In this document: one piece after another, positions 35,722 through 47,500 of the stretch | How positions within the stretch are numbered: position 1 is the first letter of the stretch | How the letters are laid out: the number at the start of each line of letters is the position of its first letter | Origin: Laetmonice hystrix | Lineage: Eukaryota | Assembly: GCA_965235115.1 (NCBI GenBank) | Contig: OZ249452.1 | Span: forward strand, 6,882,001 to 6,946,000 | Length of the DNA: 64,000 nucleotides | Direction of reading: 5' to 3' | Translations under genes and position numbers: made by a program | The notes under the pieces: generated by a model | Told to the model about the DNA's origin: nothing | What the model saw: the letters and a program-made list of their open reading frames with translations, nothing else | The model's database searches: none

Positions 35722-36680
35722 ACTGTACAGTGAGGAGTCCCTATACATGGTACTGGCTGCCCTAGTACCCAATCAAACAGTACAGTGAGGCCAAACAGTA
35801 TAGTGAGGCCAAACAGGCAGGTGGCGTATACAGTGTTCTAATCACTATCGGCAGATGCCGTATATGCTTGTACTGCCCAGTGAATGATTTAAAACGCTAC
35901 ATACATATGTTTTACAAAACATTAGGTCATTTTTGCAATGTTTGTACGCATATCTGGTATTGTAATTCGCTACTGGAATTTTTGCATAGTATTCGTCACG
36001 TACGTTCGCTCATAGAAAAGAGAGCACTCCAGTTTCCACTGTTTAAAAAGTATCGAAGTATTTCTATATCAAAACCATGTAATATGACTACCTCCATCTG
36101 TTGGCATTGTATAAATATCGTGTGCTTCTTGAAATTATTCAAAATAACTGTAAAACATTTCCGTCACGTACGTTCGCTACAGATAAATGCTTGTGACATG
36201 TATACTTCCCATTTGAGTGTCTTCTCCAAATTTTAACATTAGATGCCCCTCACCTATACCTTTCATTTTCACTACCTCACTGTACTGTTTGCTTGGGTAC
36301 TAGGCCAGCCAGTACCATGTAGGGACTCATTGTACTGTTTGGCCTCCCTTACTGTTTGGCCTCACTGTACTGTTCGGCCTCACTGTACTGTTTGGCCTCA
36401 CTGTACTGTTTGGCCTCACTGTAGCGTTCGCTTGGGTACTAGGCCAGTCAGTACCATGTAGGGACTCACTGTACTGTTTGGCCTCACTGTCCTGTTTGGC
36501 CTCACTGTACTGTTTGCATGGGTACTATGGCAGCCATTACCATGTAGGGACTCCTCACTGTACTGTTCGGCCTCACTGTACTCTTTGGCCTCACTGTACT
36601 GTTTGCATGGGTACTATGGCAGCCATTACCATGTAGGGACTCCTCACTGTACTGTTTGGCCTCACTGTACTCTCTGGCCT
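35722..36680. repeat. Foldback-like structure of 18-bp ctcactgtactgtttggc units
   Basis: Left arm 35722-35815 is the reverse complement of the repeat array at 36275-36680. Confidence 0.7.
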
Positions 36681-37147
36681 CCACAACCCGAATCGGACAT
36701 AATGGAAGCGGTAAGTGGAATCTTATATGTTGTCGCGCCAAGTTGTTATTTAATCTCACATAAAGGGGGGGGGGGCGAAGGCGTTTACCGCTTGCTGTGT
36801 CTGTGATATTCCCTGCTGGGAGATAGTATACTGATTACATCGGCCTGTTCAGCGCCTGATAAAGTCGAATAGGAATCGAGTTAAACGACAGATGGCGTTA
36901 GTGTGCCCTGATGCGCCACCTGGTTGTAAATGAAGACAGAAAGTATAGACTCATTCCCGAGGGCGTTGCTACGATCCAAAACTTCTCTCACCATTCGACT
37001 CCGAGCCGTCGTACCTCCAGAATTCCTTGTTTTCACAATGATTCCACAAAGGGCAGAGCTATACCCTCCAATTTCACTATTTGGTTACGCTACTTCTGAT
37101 GTATTGTTCATCGACGGATTGGTCAAAACTGTGCAGGAAATTCAAGA

Positions 37148-37351
37148 TCAGATTTTCATATTTTTATATGCACCATTCTGATAGAAAGGCGAACTAACAT
37201 CTGCTGGACTGATCCGGCAAGAACTGATCCCCAAAACAAAAAGCACCAGGAACAGGAAAACTGCTATAGCTAAAAAGAAAGTTGCGTTTGTTTGAGGGGA
37301 AGACTTATTCGTGATATAAGATAGAGACGACTTTCCGTCGGACATTGTCAT
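37148..37351 (-). CDS. Candidate 67-aa single-pass membrane microprotein
   Basis: MTMSDGKSSLSYITNKSSPQTNAT-FFLAIAVFLFLVLFVLGISSC-RISPADVSSPFYQNGAYKNMKI: two sequons, a 21-aa non-repetitive hydrophobic stretch and a Tyr-containing tail; short, so could be chance. Confidence 0.4.
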   Translation of the reverse strand: MTMSDGKSSLSYITNKSSPQTNATFFLAIAVFLFLVLFVLGISSCRISPADVSSPFYQNGAYKNMKI

Positions 37352-39782
37352 CGGAAGTTAAAAGTACACCGCACGTTGCTTCGAAAATAAAACACTTACT
37401 TGTCACCGACAGCAACCTATTGACATATATGTGAAGAAACATTGTTGCTGTAGTACTGCAGTATGATGATCTTTGTTAACTAAGATTCGGACCAAAGGTA
37501 TAACATGATAATAGCAGGAGTTTGAATTTGCCTCCGCTCTCCGAAAGTGACGCTGCAAATAACGTCGAACAACATCCCATAATAGTCCCATGTTCAAGGG
37601 AATCCTATGCTAACTTCCCGTATCTCTCCACTATATTTGAACATACACTTTCAGGGCCGGATCCGGGGGGGGGGGGTTGCAACCCCTCCTTAGAATCCCC
37701 CCCCCCCAAAAAAAAGGAAAAAAGGAAAGAAAAGGAAACAAAGGTGTCAAATGTTCGTCTTCCAGCCCAGGAACCACAGTGTGAATCTAGAATCTAAAGC
37801 GATAAGTATACTAACGTTATATATTTCATAAAATGATAATAATTTCGGACTTGACGACTGCAATCCCCCCCCCCCCCTTGAAAAAAATCCTGGATCCGGC
37901 CCTGGCTTTTAAGCGACAAAAATCGATGTATCCAACAGAATCAGCTAAAAAGCTGAAAAGGATAGCAGAAGTAGATCACCTGCGCGCGCATCAGGGAATC
38001 CCCCTGTTGATTGGTTATCCAAAATGGCGAAGCAGTTCGAAGATAGAGCGTTTGATCGCAACGGATTCAGCTGAGCGTTCTCAGTGGTTGGTCTCATTTC
38101 AATTTATTTGAGTTTTGCATGTGATACTAAGCTGATTTTACAGGTTTTAAAAACTGTGGAGCTTTAACGTCCATCTTGTTGATCATAAACAATAAGCAAT
38201 CATAAACAATGTTATCATCGACGTCACCAAGATGATTATGGCCCCTGGCTGACCGGGAATAAAACCAACTATCCCGGATGTAACCATACGATATGCTTCC
38301 AGCTTTCTGTCGCTGGCACTCAAACCCCTCCAACAGAAACATCTTATCTCAATTTAGATATTTCTTTATCTGAGAAATCTTCTTGAATTTATAGTCTAAC
38401 AAAACAGAACGCTTAAATATATAATCCATGCGTTCTACAAATAACGGAACATTAAGTCATCTTCATGAAAATGGACAAAGAAAACTATATATTTGAGCTC
38501 TACGGGTCTTTTAGCCTTGGTTAAGGGTCTTATGACTGACACAATGGAATATCAACAAAGACTTAAAGAAGAAATACGCTGCTGCCACCTGGTGGTTATA
38601 ACAAACACCACTATCTCATGCTTGCAGTACAAAGATGGAAACCGACCTTTTTCTGTGTGATCAATAAATGTAAAGAAAAACACAGACGTTAGTTTTCCTC
38701 CTTTCTATTCTTATTGCTCATTAAACATTTTAATTATTAAACATGGTAGTATCCCAGAGTTTCATTAATGGATCGTTTGTGACATGAGTTTATAGAGCTA
38801 TCAAACTGGGAGATGCCTTTGTCTCAAGATTAGGTATCTTCAGTCGTATTAAAAGACTTGTATCTAAAACGGCTACAATATACAATCGTTTTCACACGTC
38901 TTCTATACGTTGGTTAAATTTACTTCTAACTTACTTGGCCTACTCGGCCTGCTCCTATGATCACTCTTCATACAGCCATCCCATTTGAGTACTCACTGTC
39001 TGTAAGACGTTTGAACTTAGGTTTTTTCTATCCAGATGCGCCATAAAGTTTCCATGAAATGGTGACTCATCCAGCCGTAAGGCGGCGCCACTGTCGGGCA
39101 CATAGTTACACTTTAACAGGACAGATGGCGATTGGAGCTTTGTCATTGAGTTTATGCTTTGAAAACTTTGTCTCTGACTTTGGAAATGTTACTTGTCAAG
39201 CACAGGTCGACTAACACATGAGCCATCTAGCGGATAATTCCAGACGTCAGACACTAGATGGCGCCAGACTCTAAAGTTTTTCTTAAAGTCAGATTGACAT
39301 TTTCACAGCCATGGATATTAATCGATATTACACCAACACGGGTGTCGTATGGCGTTTATTTCTTATGTTTTATTTTTTTAACATCATTTTTGTGTTCGCA
39401 AATGTTCGCAGATACTCTTCATGATGCGTCACAGATGAAAACATTTAGATCAATAGTATGTAAAGACAAAATGATGAGTATTAAAACGAACAACACCTTC
39501 CCTCTCTCCAAACAGTCTCTCTACTCATCAGTATTGTAGAGTTATCGTTTTTCATAAAGAGTCAAAATGTGACAACATACGTGAATCGACCAAAAATACT
39601 CCCATTTGGTACCTGCAGGATGACCCTGGATTATGATGACGATATCGCTGGCATTAGATGAAGGTCCTTGTGCCGCTCTTTAGGTATCTTACAATGATAA
39701 GGCCCGTGTATCACAATGTGTAAGTCTTTGATATGAATAACGTCTGCTTTTTGACTGACGTAATACTGTCATGCCGTCGGCG

Positions 39783-42342
39783 TTAAAACACAGTCTCATA
39801 CTGCACCAAGGAGGCGTCGTCACTCTCTGTCATCCAATCAGGTGTGCTGATCTCATCCGGGTACTCCGGGTGAACCAATGAGCCCCTTACATGCAGGTCA
39901 CGTGGTACGTCGAAACCAGGCAGAGACGAAAGTAGCAGTTCGTCTGATACGACTGACACGTTGTCATGGAGACCAGTAGTGTTTTTCCCGCTCCGGTCTC
40001 GACAGACGGTGCCGTTAAAATAAGTTTTCGCGTACCGATGTCTCAGGTAGCTCTCAATAGACTTCTTCATGTAGGTCAGGTTCGATTTGTAGGTTGGCAA
40101 GTCTATCAAAAATAAAAAGGCAAGCAAGATGGCGAGTACGACGACCACTGACGTGCCCATTGCTATGGCGGCGGGCGTGTCATCTATTCCAACAATCACT
40201 TCCGGTGGAGGCGAAGGTGTGGTCGTGACAGGCGGCGCCCACGTCGTTTCGTTCACGATTTCCACGACAGGGGGCTCCCCTGAAAAGAGAATCGGGGGTG
40301 TCTACGATTTACCAGTCACCGGCTGTAGGGGAATCCGGGACCAGTTCTTCCGGTCTCCGGACTCCCTAGCAACCGCGCCCCCATCTTGAATGAGGTGCAT
40401 CTCGGATAAAAATACCTGATTCGTCAGATGTGCAAAAGTGGCCCATTTAATTGACCCAGATCTACAGACCTGGACAAGTGACTACGTCGACCTTCACACA
40501 GGAGCGCCGCCTATCGGACTTGGGTTGAACTTTCAATCTCGATGCGTACAAAATATAGATGATTTTCTCTGCATAGACGATAGGTGGACTCGTAGTGTTG
40601 GATAACGAATCGTTTGAGGGCGCCACCTAGTGAGTAGATAAAATGGTAAAAGACATTCTTTCTTTCTTTCTTTCACGTTTCTATGGTTTTGCCTGGGGCA
40701 AAGAGGGAGTCTGAACAAAAAGGATAGAGAACCTCCTGACACTTGCCTCGTATGTTGTCCATTTCCGGTAGCGTCCCTCTGAGTGTAAAAATAGAAATGG
40801 ATGCCGGAAGTCCGCTCCCTCCGAGTGCGTTGTGATCAGGTAAACCAACCTCATTCCAGGCAGGCTCAGCTTGAATCAAACCAAAGAGTTCAGAAACTCG
40901 GCTAACAAAGGTCATTCCCGGCAGGCTCAGCTTGAATCGAACCAAAGAGTTCAGAAACTCGGCTAACAAAGGTCATTCCCGGCAGGCTCAGCTTGAATCA
41001 AACCAAAGAGTTCAGAAACTCGGCTAACAAAGGTCATTCCCGGCAGGCTCAGCTTGAATCAAACCAAAGAGTTCAGAAACTCGGCTAACAAAGGTCCAAT
41101 GAATGTTTAGATAACAAAAATGAAACGTTTTCTTTAACTTATGGGTTGCTGTTCATCATTATATGTGGATGGCTACATTTGACACTTTGATAAGATATAA
41201 CTTAGCTGTTGTCAAAGAACCTTGTGATTTGGTCCTAAATATTAAAGATCGAATGTAATTAATTTCACTGTAAAGTTGGGTGGAGGGGGTTGCGTGGAAT
41301 TTTGTGCATTTTTATCAAAAACATTGTAGGATGCTATGACGTCGCGTCATGTTTACAGTTGGCGTACTGACCTCCACATCCAGACGACCCTGACTAGTGA
41401 TGGCGTCACGCGCGCACCAGTTCCCGCCTGCCAACATGGCCATGGAGCCTCGTCCTGGCCTGTCACGACCCGGAAGTAAAAGCAGCGCCGAATATCCGCC
41501 GGCTAATATGGCGAACTGTTCACAAGCCGCTGTGTCAACAGAGACAAAATGTTATTGTTTGATCTGAGGCCATCATTAGAAAGGATAACTTAAAATAAAC
41601 ATATCATTACATCAGTTTTGGGGTGTACGTTTTATTTTTACTTGGGCCCAGTTCGTAAAAACTTAAGATCTTGCTTAAGCTTAAGCTTAACGCTTCTGAT
41701 TGGCTGGTCTAGACCAGCCAATCAGAAACGTTAAAACTAAACTTAAGCAAGATCTTAAGTTTTTACGAACTGGGCCCAGGGTCCGGTTTTTAGTTCGTCA
41801 TTTTTCCAATCTTAAGGAATTTTAAGTTAGACTTGTGTTCTGGTCTCTCATTGGCGGACTTCATTTGAAGGACCAATCAGAAGCTCTGAAACAAGAGTTC
41901 AGTGTTCAGATTTGAATCTTTAGACTCGGTTTGNNNNNNNNNNNNNNNNNNNNNNNNNNNNNNNNNNNNNNNNNNNNNNNNNNNNNNNNNNNNNNNNNNN
42001 NNNNNNNNNNNNNNNNNNNNNNNNNNNNNNNNNNNNNNNNNNNNNNNNNNNNNNNNNNNNNNNNNNNNNNNNNNNNNNNNNNNNNNNNNNNNNNNNNNNN
42101 NNNNNNNNNNNNNNNNNNNNNNNNNNNNNNNNNNNNNNNNNNNTCCAAATCATATCGTCCGAGTACCTGGGAAGAAGCACCTGCGGAGGATGGGATCGAA
42201 ACAACACGCCAGGTTTGTACACTGCTGTCGTTCGATGCCGTACTGACCACAGGATAGTCGAGCTGGAAGTGCTACTCCAATACATTCCTCCAGGGTCGGG
42301 GCCGGCGGTGGAACTGGTGGAACAGGAACAGAAGAAGTAAAC
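39783..42342 (-). CDS. Trefoil (P-type) domain single-pass membrane protein, 5'-partial (exons 42167-42342 and 39783-40279)
   Basis: ECIGVALPARLSCGQYGIERQQCTNLACCFDPILRRCFFPG has all 6 trefoil Cys and the R..CG, GI...C, CCFD, CF.P motifs. Phase-1 G|GTACTC donor joins the tttttcag acceptor at 40279. Then Pro/Thr stalk, TM AMGTSVVVVLAILLAFLFLI, and a tail ending SLVQYETVF*. Confidence 0.82.
40853..41096. repeat. 61-bp tandem repeat, ~4 copies
   Basis: caggctcagcttgaatcaaaccaaagagttcagaaactcggctaacaaaggtcattcccgg. Confidence 0.9.
41643..41778. mobile_element. Palindromic MITE (hairpin element)
   Basis: tgggcccagttcgtaaaaacttaagatcttgc... near-perfect self-complement over the whole length. Confidence 0.8.
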
Positions 42343-43115
42343 CTATGTCAGTGATGTCTTGGAGAATGCACAGGTGCGGAACAATATACCGCAGTCATGG
42401 AACCGCCCCCCCCCCCTTGAAAAAATTACTACAATGTATATTAAGATATTTCTGAAAAAGGGGGTGTAAAATGCATTATTTTAACCAAAGTAAACCTTCA
42501 TATTTCCAAACAAGATGCCCCGAATTTGCATTATTTGATGTCTTTTGTTTTTAATTTCCCAAAGGAGCATTGGATATGTGATGTGAAACAGGCTGAAAGT
42601 TATCAAATCTATAGACCTAACATATCCCAAGTACAAGGGGGAATTCCACTACCAGCACAAAAGTGATGGTAAACTGATCAAAAATTCTAAAATCTTTCCT
42701 TAAATTTCTTTTCTTGCATTCTTAAAACACGTCTATATGATACTATGGAATGCTGACGTTAATTACTTCATTTTACGTTTTTTCCTTGTGACATTTGTGA
42801 ACAAAATTGGATAGTTTCCCTTGAATTTAAAAGAAGATAATCTTTTACACGGTTTGTTTTGGGATTTGTGGCCATTAGTTCACAGGAAAACGATGTTATT
42901 TGTACCTAATTTAGACTACAAGATTATTATCTGGCCAACAATCCGTTATAAAAGAGTTGGAAGTATTTTTTTCTGCACATTTTTTGTTTAATCTTCCCTT
43001 TACGCTCTGGCTTCAAGGCGCTGGTCTATAAAAAATATTTCAGCTTCATCCATAAAAGAATGATACTCCAATGACTGGGCCAACCATGTCGAAGAACAGC
43101 TTAAAGGGACATTTA

Positions 43116-43493
43116 TGCCTGGTACACACTCAGGCGATTTTCGTTGCGATTTAGGGTCCGACGACAATCCTACGATTGTCGCCACGACGCAGAAAAGATC
43201 GCATTAGTGAAGTCAGAGATCGTACGATCATCGCAGAAGTTTATTTTTTTACGACGTTGCAAGATGTTGCGATGCTGTTGCGACATTTTTGGCTGGTACA
43301 CACTAAGGCGATTTTGGCTGGGATTTATGGTCCTACGACAAATCCGACAATCGTACGATTTTCGCCACGACGCAAAAAAAATCGCATTAGTGGAGTCAAA
43401 GATCGTACGATTTCCCCTTCGAATTCGCAAAGCCTTATTAACTTCGTACGAACTCGAGTTCGTTGCAAAAATCGTGCCAGTGTGAACGGCGCT
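43116..43493. mobile_element. Degenerate Harbinger-like MITE with an internal duplication
   Basis: gcctggtacacact..gcgatttt versus aaaatcgtgccagtgtgaacggc; internal repeat of ggtccgacgacaatcc...aagatcgtacgat. Confidence 0.55.
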
Positions 43494-44082
43494 TAATTCC
43501 AGACAAATAAACAATAATTATTTATTGATTTCATGGTGGATTTTAATTTATCGCTGGCTAACTGTACCCGTGGTATTGCCTCAAATCACGGCCATTATAG
43601 ATGACTTGACGGCATGTAAAGCCACCAGCAAACATACAAGATAAAAAAAACCTGCTATGACTTTATGTCTGCCAACTCATGTCTGCCAACTTTCCATCAG
43701 TTCCCAGTGCCATATTAGGCAGAACCTGTTTCCCCATCAATTCCTATCAGGAACTTTGAAAAGAGCAGACGATCATGAAAAAAAACTAAAAATTTGGGTT
43801 TTGTTATATTTGGTTCCCCGTTTGTCATCTTGATTGTTATCTGATTGATAAATATTCATCTGTAAACAAATAAAAAAATCATTTGATTTGCTGCGTCGTT
43901 GGTGATAACATAAATCTCCGGACTTTGAATTTATTAGGGAAGACGTTCGCGATGGATTTGTTTGATTGTGCATAACATTAAGAACACCCAAAGTAAAGTT
44001 ACTTTTGAAAGTTATTTTCCTTTCTTGGGGGTTTTATTTCAAAGTTTATGAATCAATGGCTCGGAAATCACGTCGAGTGCAT

Positions 44083-44548
44083 GACCCTCACAGCCGAGTG
44101 TGACAGACTGTTTCATCATGACCCTCACAGCCGAGTGTGGCTGTTTCATCATGACCCTCACAGCCGAGTGTGACAGACTGTTTCATCATGGCCCTCACAG
44201 CCGAGTGTGGCAGACTGTTTCATGACGACCCTCACAGCCGAGTGTGACAGACTATTTCATCACGACCCTCACAGCCGAGTGTGGCAGACTGTTTCATCAT
44301 GGCCCTCACAGCCGAGTGTGGCAGACTGTTTCATGACGACCCTCACAGCCGAGTGTGACAGACTGTTTCATCATGACCCTCACAGCCGAGTGTGACAGAC
44401 TGTTTCATCATAACCCTCACAGCCGAGTGTGGCAGACTGTTTCATCATAACCCTCACAGCCGAGTGTGGCAGACTGTTTCATCACGACCCTCACAGCCGA
44501 GTGTGGCAGACTGTTTCATCATAACCCTCACAGCCTGTGGCAGACTGT
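44083..44548. repeat. 37-bp minisatellite, ~12 copies
   Basis: accctcacagccgagtgtgacagactgtttcatcatg. Confidence 0.9.
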
Positions 44549-47500
44549 CGCATCGTGAACATGGACGGTCAGCTGGTGCGAAATGATTTTCAAATGAGAT
44601 ATACCTTGCCGAAATGTCAATTTTTTTTGTGGGGAGAGCTATTCAAGCATGGCAGCTTACATAGGTAAAAAGCATTGGTAAGCATTGATAAAAAAGGGCC
44701 CTGTCGATTGAGATGGAAATAAGAATCTGATTTGAGGTTGAAGTTATGCAAAAATACAGAAACAATTCTAAACCCTTTTCATGCCATTATACCAAACTTT
44801 GTATGATTGGGGAAACAGAGGGCCTACAGTCCTTCCCAGAATCGCTCATAATGACGTCACTTCTAAAAAATGCCGCAACTTCAACTAATGGAGTTTTAAT
44901 AGTGATGCTAAATACCAATTCTATACTATATTCACACTACAGATAACAATGCCTGAGTCATACCTCTCTTGTGAACCATTTCCATGGAAAGACTATAATG
45001 GTTTGTCTCCGTACACAGATCTGACATCGTAACCGGAATGTACACAGATCATTGCTAATAATTGATGGAGCCATGAAAACTCCAACTGTGTTTGATTTTA
45101 TGTAACGATCAGGCCATTAGTGCGAGGAGTGCATGTAAAAGGTGTTCAATAAAAGACTAATTTGAATATTCGATCAGTGGCGCAGTTGAAAACGCAAGGG
45201 CAAAATGCCAGATTTCTTCGCCTCGTTTTACAACTATACGTGGTGCACTGTAGTTGTCTGGTGTAGTGCTTTATAAAGCGATCACTTTAACGATAATTAC
45301 GTTAACGTGTACTGTTTAAAAACATATTTATTGGTATAAAAAGCAAAAGATGTGTATGTAGGTGTATATACCTATGTATGTAATGTATAATTTGATGACA
45401 ATCAATGCATTTACCACAACATAATTCAGTTTAGCATAATTAACATGACAAAGAACCGTATTAGCTAAAGTGTGCTAATTGAGGCATCTGAAGGTAAAAA
45501 CCATGATCCATCTATAGCTATAACTGAGCTTGCTAGGCTTGAATAAACATCAGGATATAACCTATAGCCTCTAGATAACATTACACCAATGAACATATAT
45601 AGTATATACCGTGTCAAAATGCCAATGTGCCACCGTGGATGCATTCCTGTATAAAATTCCCACAGATCGATCCTGAATAAATGCATAGCAGTATACCCAG
45701 GGTATTCCGGTCGACAAACTGCCCGCTACTTCTCTTCTCCCCCAGGGCTGCAACCCAAACGGCTACCCCATCTCAATTCCTATCCAGAGAGAGAGGGAGA
45801 GAGAGAGAGGGGGGGGCAGAGAGAGAGAGACAGAGAGGCTCGCCACGACTATCCACGACGATCCCACTGCACATTCCCTAAAAGCTATTAATCGATTTTG
45901 TGGCGACTTCAACGATTGGTCCAGTCTTCAGAATGACATCCTACTCTAAAAAAACCTGGACAAGCTGATAATGAGAACCCCTCCACAATAGACAGCTTCC
46001 CAATCGTGCAACCTCTTCGATAACCCACACACTATGTAGCCGACAATTTAAATTGCCTTAAAGGAATATCGACTCATCTCAACGAAAGATACCGCCCTTC
46101 TAGAGGGTTTGATAATATTTATCAATTCTAAATTAATTATCTCAATTCTCAAGACTACAAGAAGTTCAAAGAAAATTCAAGAACACAGACCGTCGGCCTA
46201 CGGAAAGGAAAGGGGAAAGTTATTCCACTTGTGAGTAACACTGTCAATACAAGTATACCATTAGTCAACATGTCGCCAATCGAGCGGACATCTCTAGTGG
46301 ATAAATATCATAGACTGAGTCAGAACGAGAACCCCGAGGAGCTACAGATTGAATGGAAGGACTCCTCACCGGTATGTTTACAATGAGGTCCTCCTGGAGG
46401 GAAATTATGCCTATCAACGGAGATGTTACAGGTTCTGTGCCTGGGCCGGTGATTGGTCTGCTGTGTTTCAGGCATGGCTTATGAGGCGACCTTTAGTTAG
46501 GCCAAGGCAGACAGAGAGTAGGCAATAGAGCACACTCCGATCTGTGCCTATATCTTGTCTAAACAGAGATGGACAGCGTGGTATTTTGCTAAAGAGGTTC
46601 CAATGGAGAAATCTAGTAAAAGGGAGCCCGACCAATCAATTCGGGAAACCCTTTAAAAGGAAAAAGGGGAGATTGAATCCCTTGTATAATCCCCCGGACT
46701 TGGGACTGTATTCAGAGGGGACGCCAGTTTTTTTTAGCTTCACAAATAAAGCCCCCAGAGAGCGCCCTCCAGAGGTCGATTTCCAAAATCCGTGGTCTTC
46801 CCAGTTTGTGTTTTTCCGGTGGGGGTGGGCAACCCACCAATCGCGTACACCTGAGTATCATATGAGACCTCCTCTGTCAAGGCCATCCCGTAAAGCCCAG
46901 GACACAATATCTCCTGACAGTAACTGACCGACTAAATCACAGAGAATGTATCCAGGGAGATGACCTTGCCATCACAGCTCACCATAACCATCGCTCCTAC
47001 GCCCCGGACTTGTATTTTGCCATAGTCCCGACGAGGCTATAGGTCAATATGAATCGCAATATTTGTATCGATTCTGAACGTCCCCACAACAGGAAGGTAC
47101 ATCTACCTCTAAAGCATTAAAGTGCAATTAAAGTTATGCGTGTTCCGACTAAAAAAACGTGCAGAGTTCCTATGGCAAATTGTAGGTCCATACAGGACAG
47201 CGGAAAGCCCTTCATGCAGGCTTCGATTGGAGCAACGCTACTGTCAATTTGTATAGTTTATCTCTCGCCAATGTCATACATCTTTGAGCTTGGCTATCTG
47301 ATGGGCAACAAGGATAGTAAATGGCGCCTTCCTGTCATAGCAGTACCAAACGCGTCACAGCGTGCCGGAGTGTATACTTACTGTTAGGAATGTCATAGAT
47401 CACCTCAATGCCATGAGGACGAACGTTATGGTCAGTAATGAAATTACCACGTGTCTATGATGCATCGCCCCACTCTGCGGTATTACTTGTAGTGTGCCCT

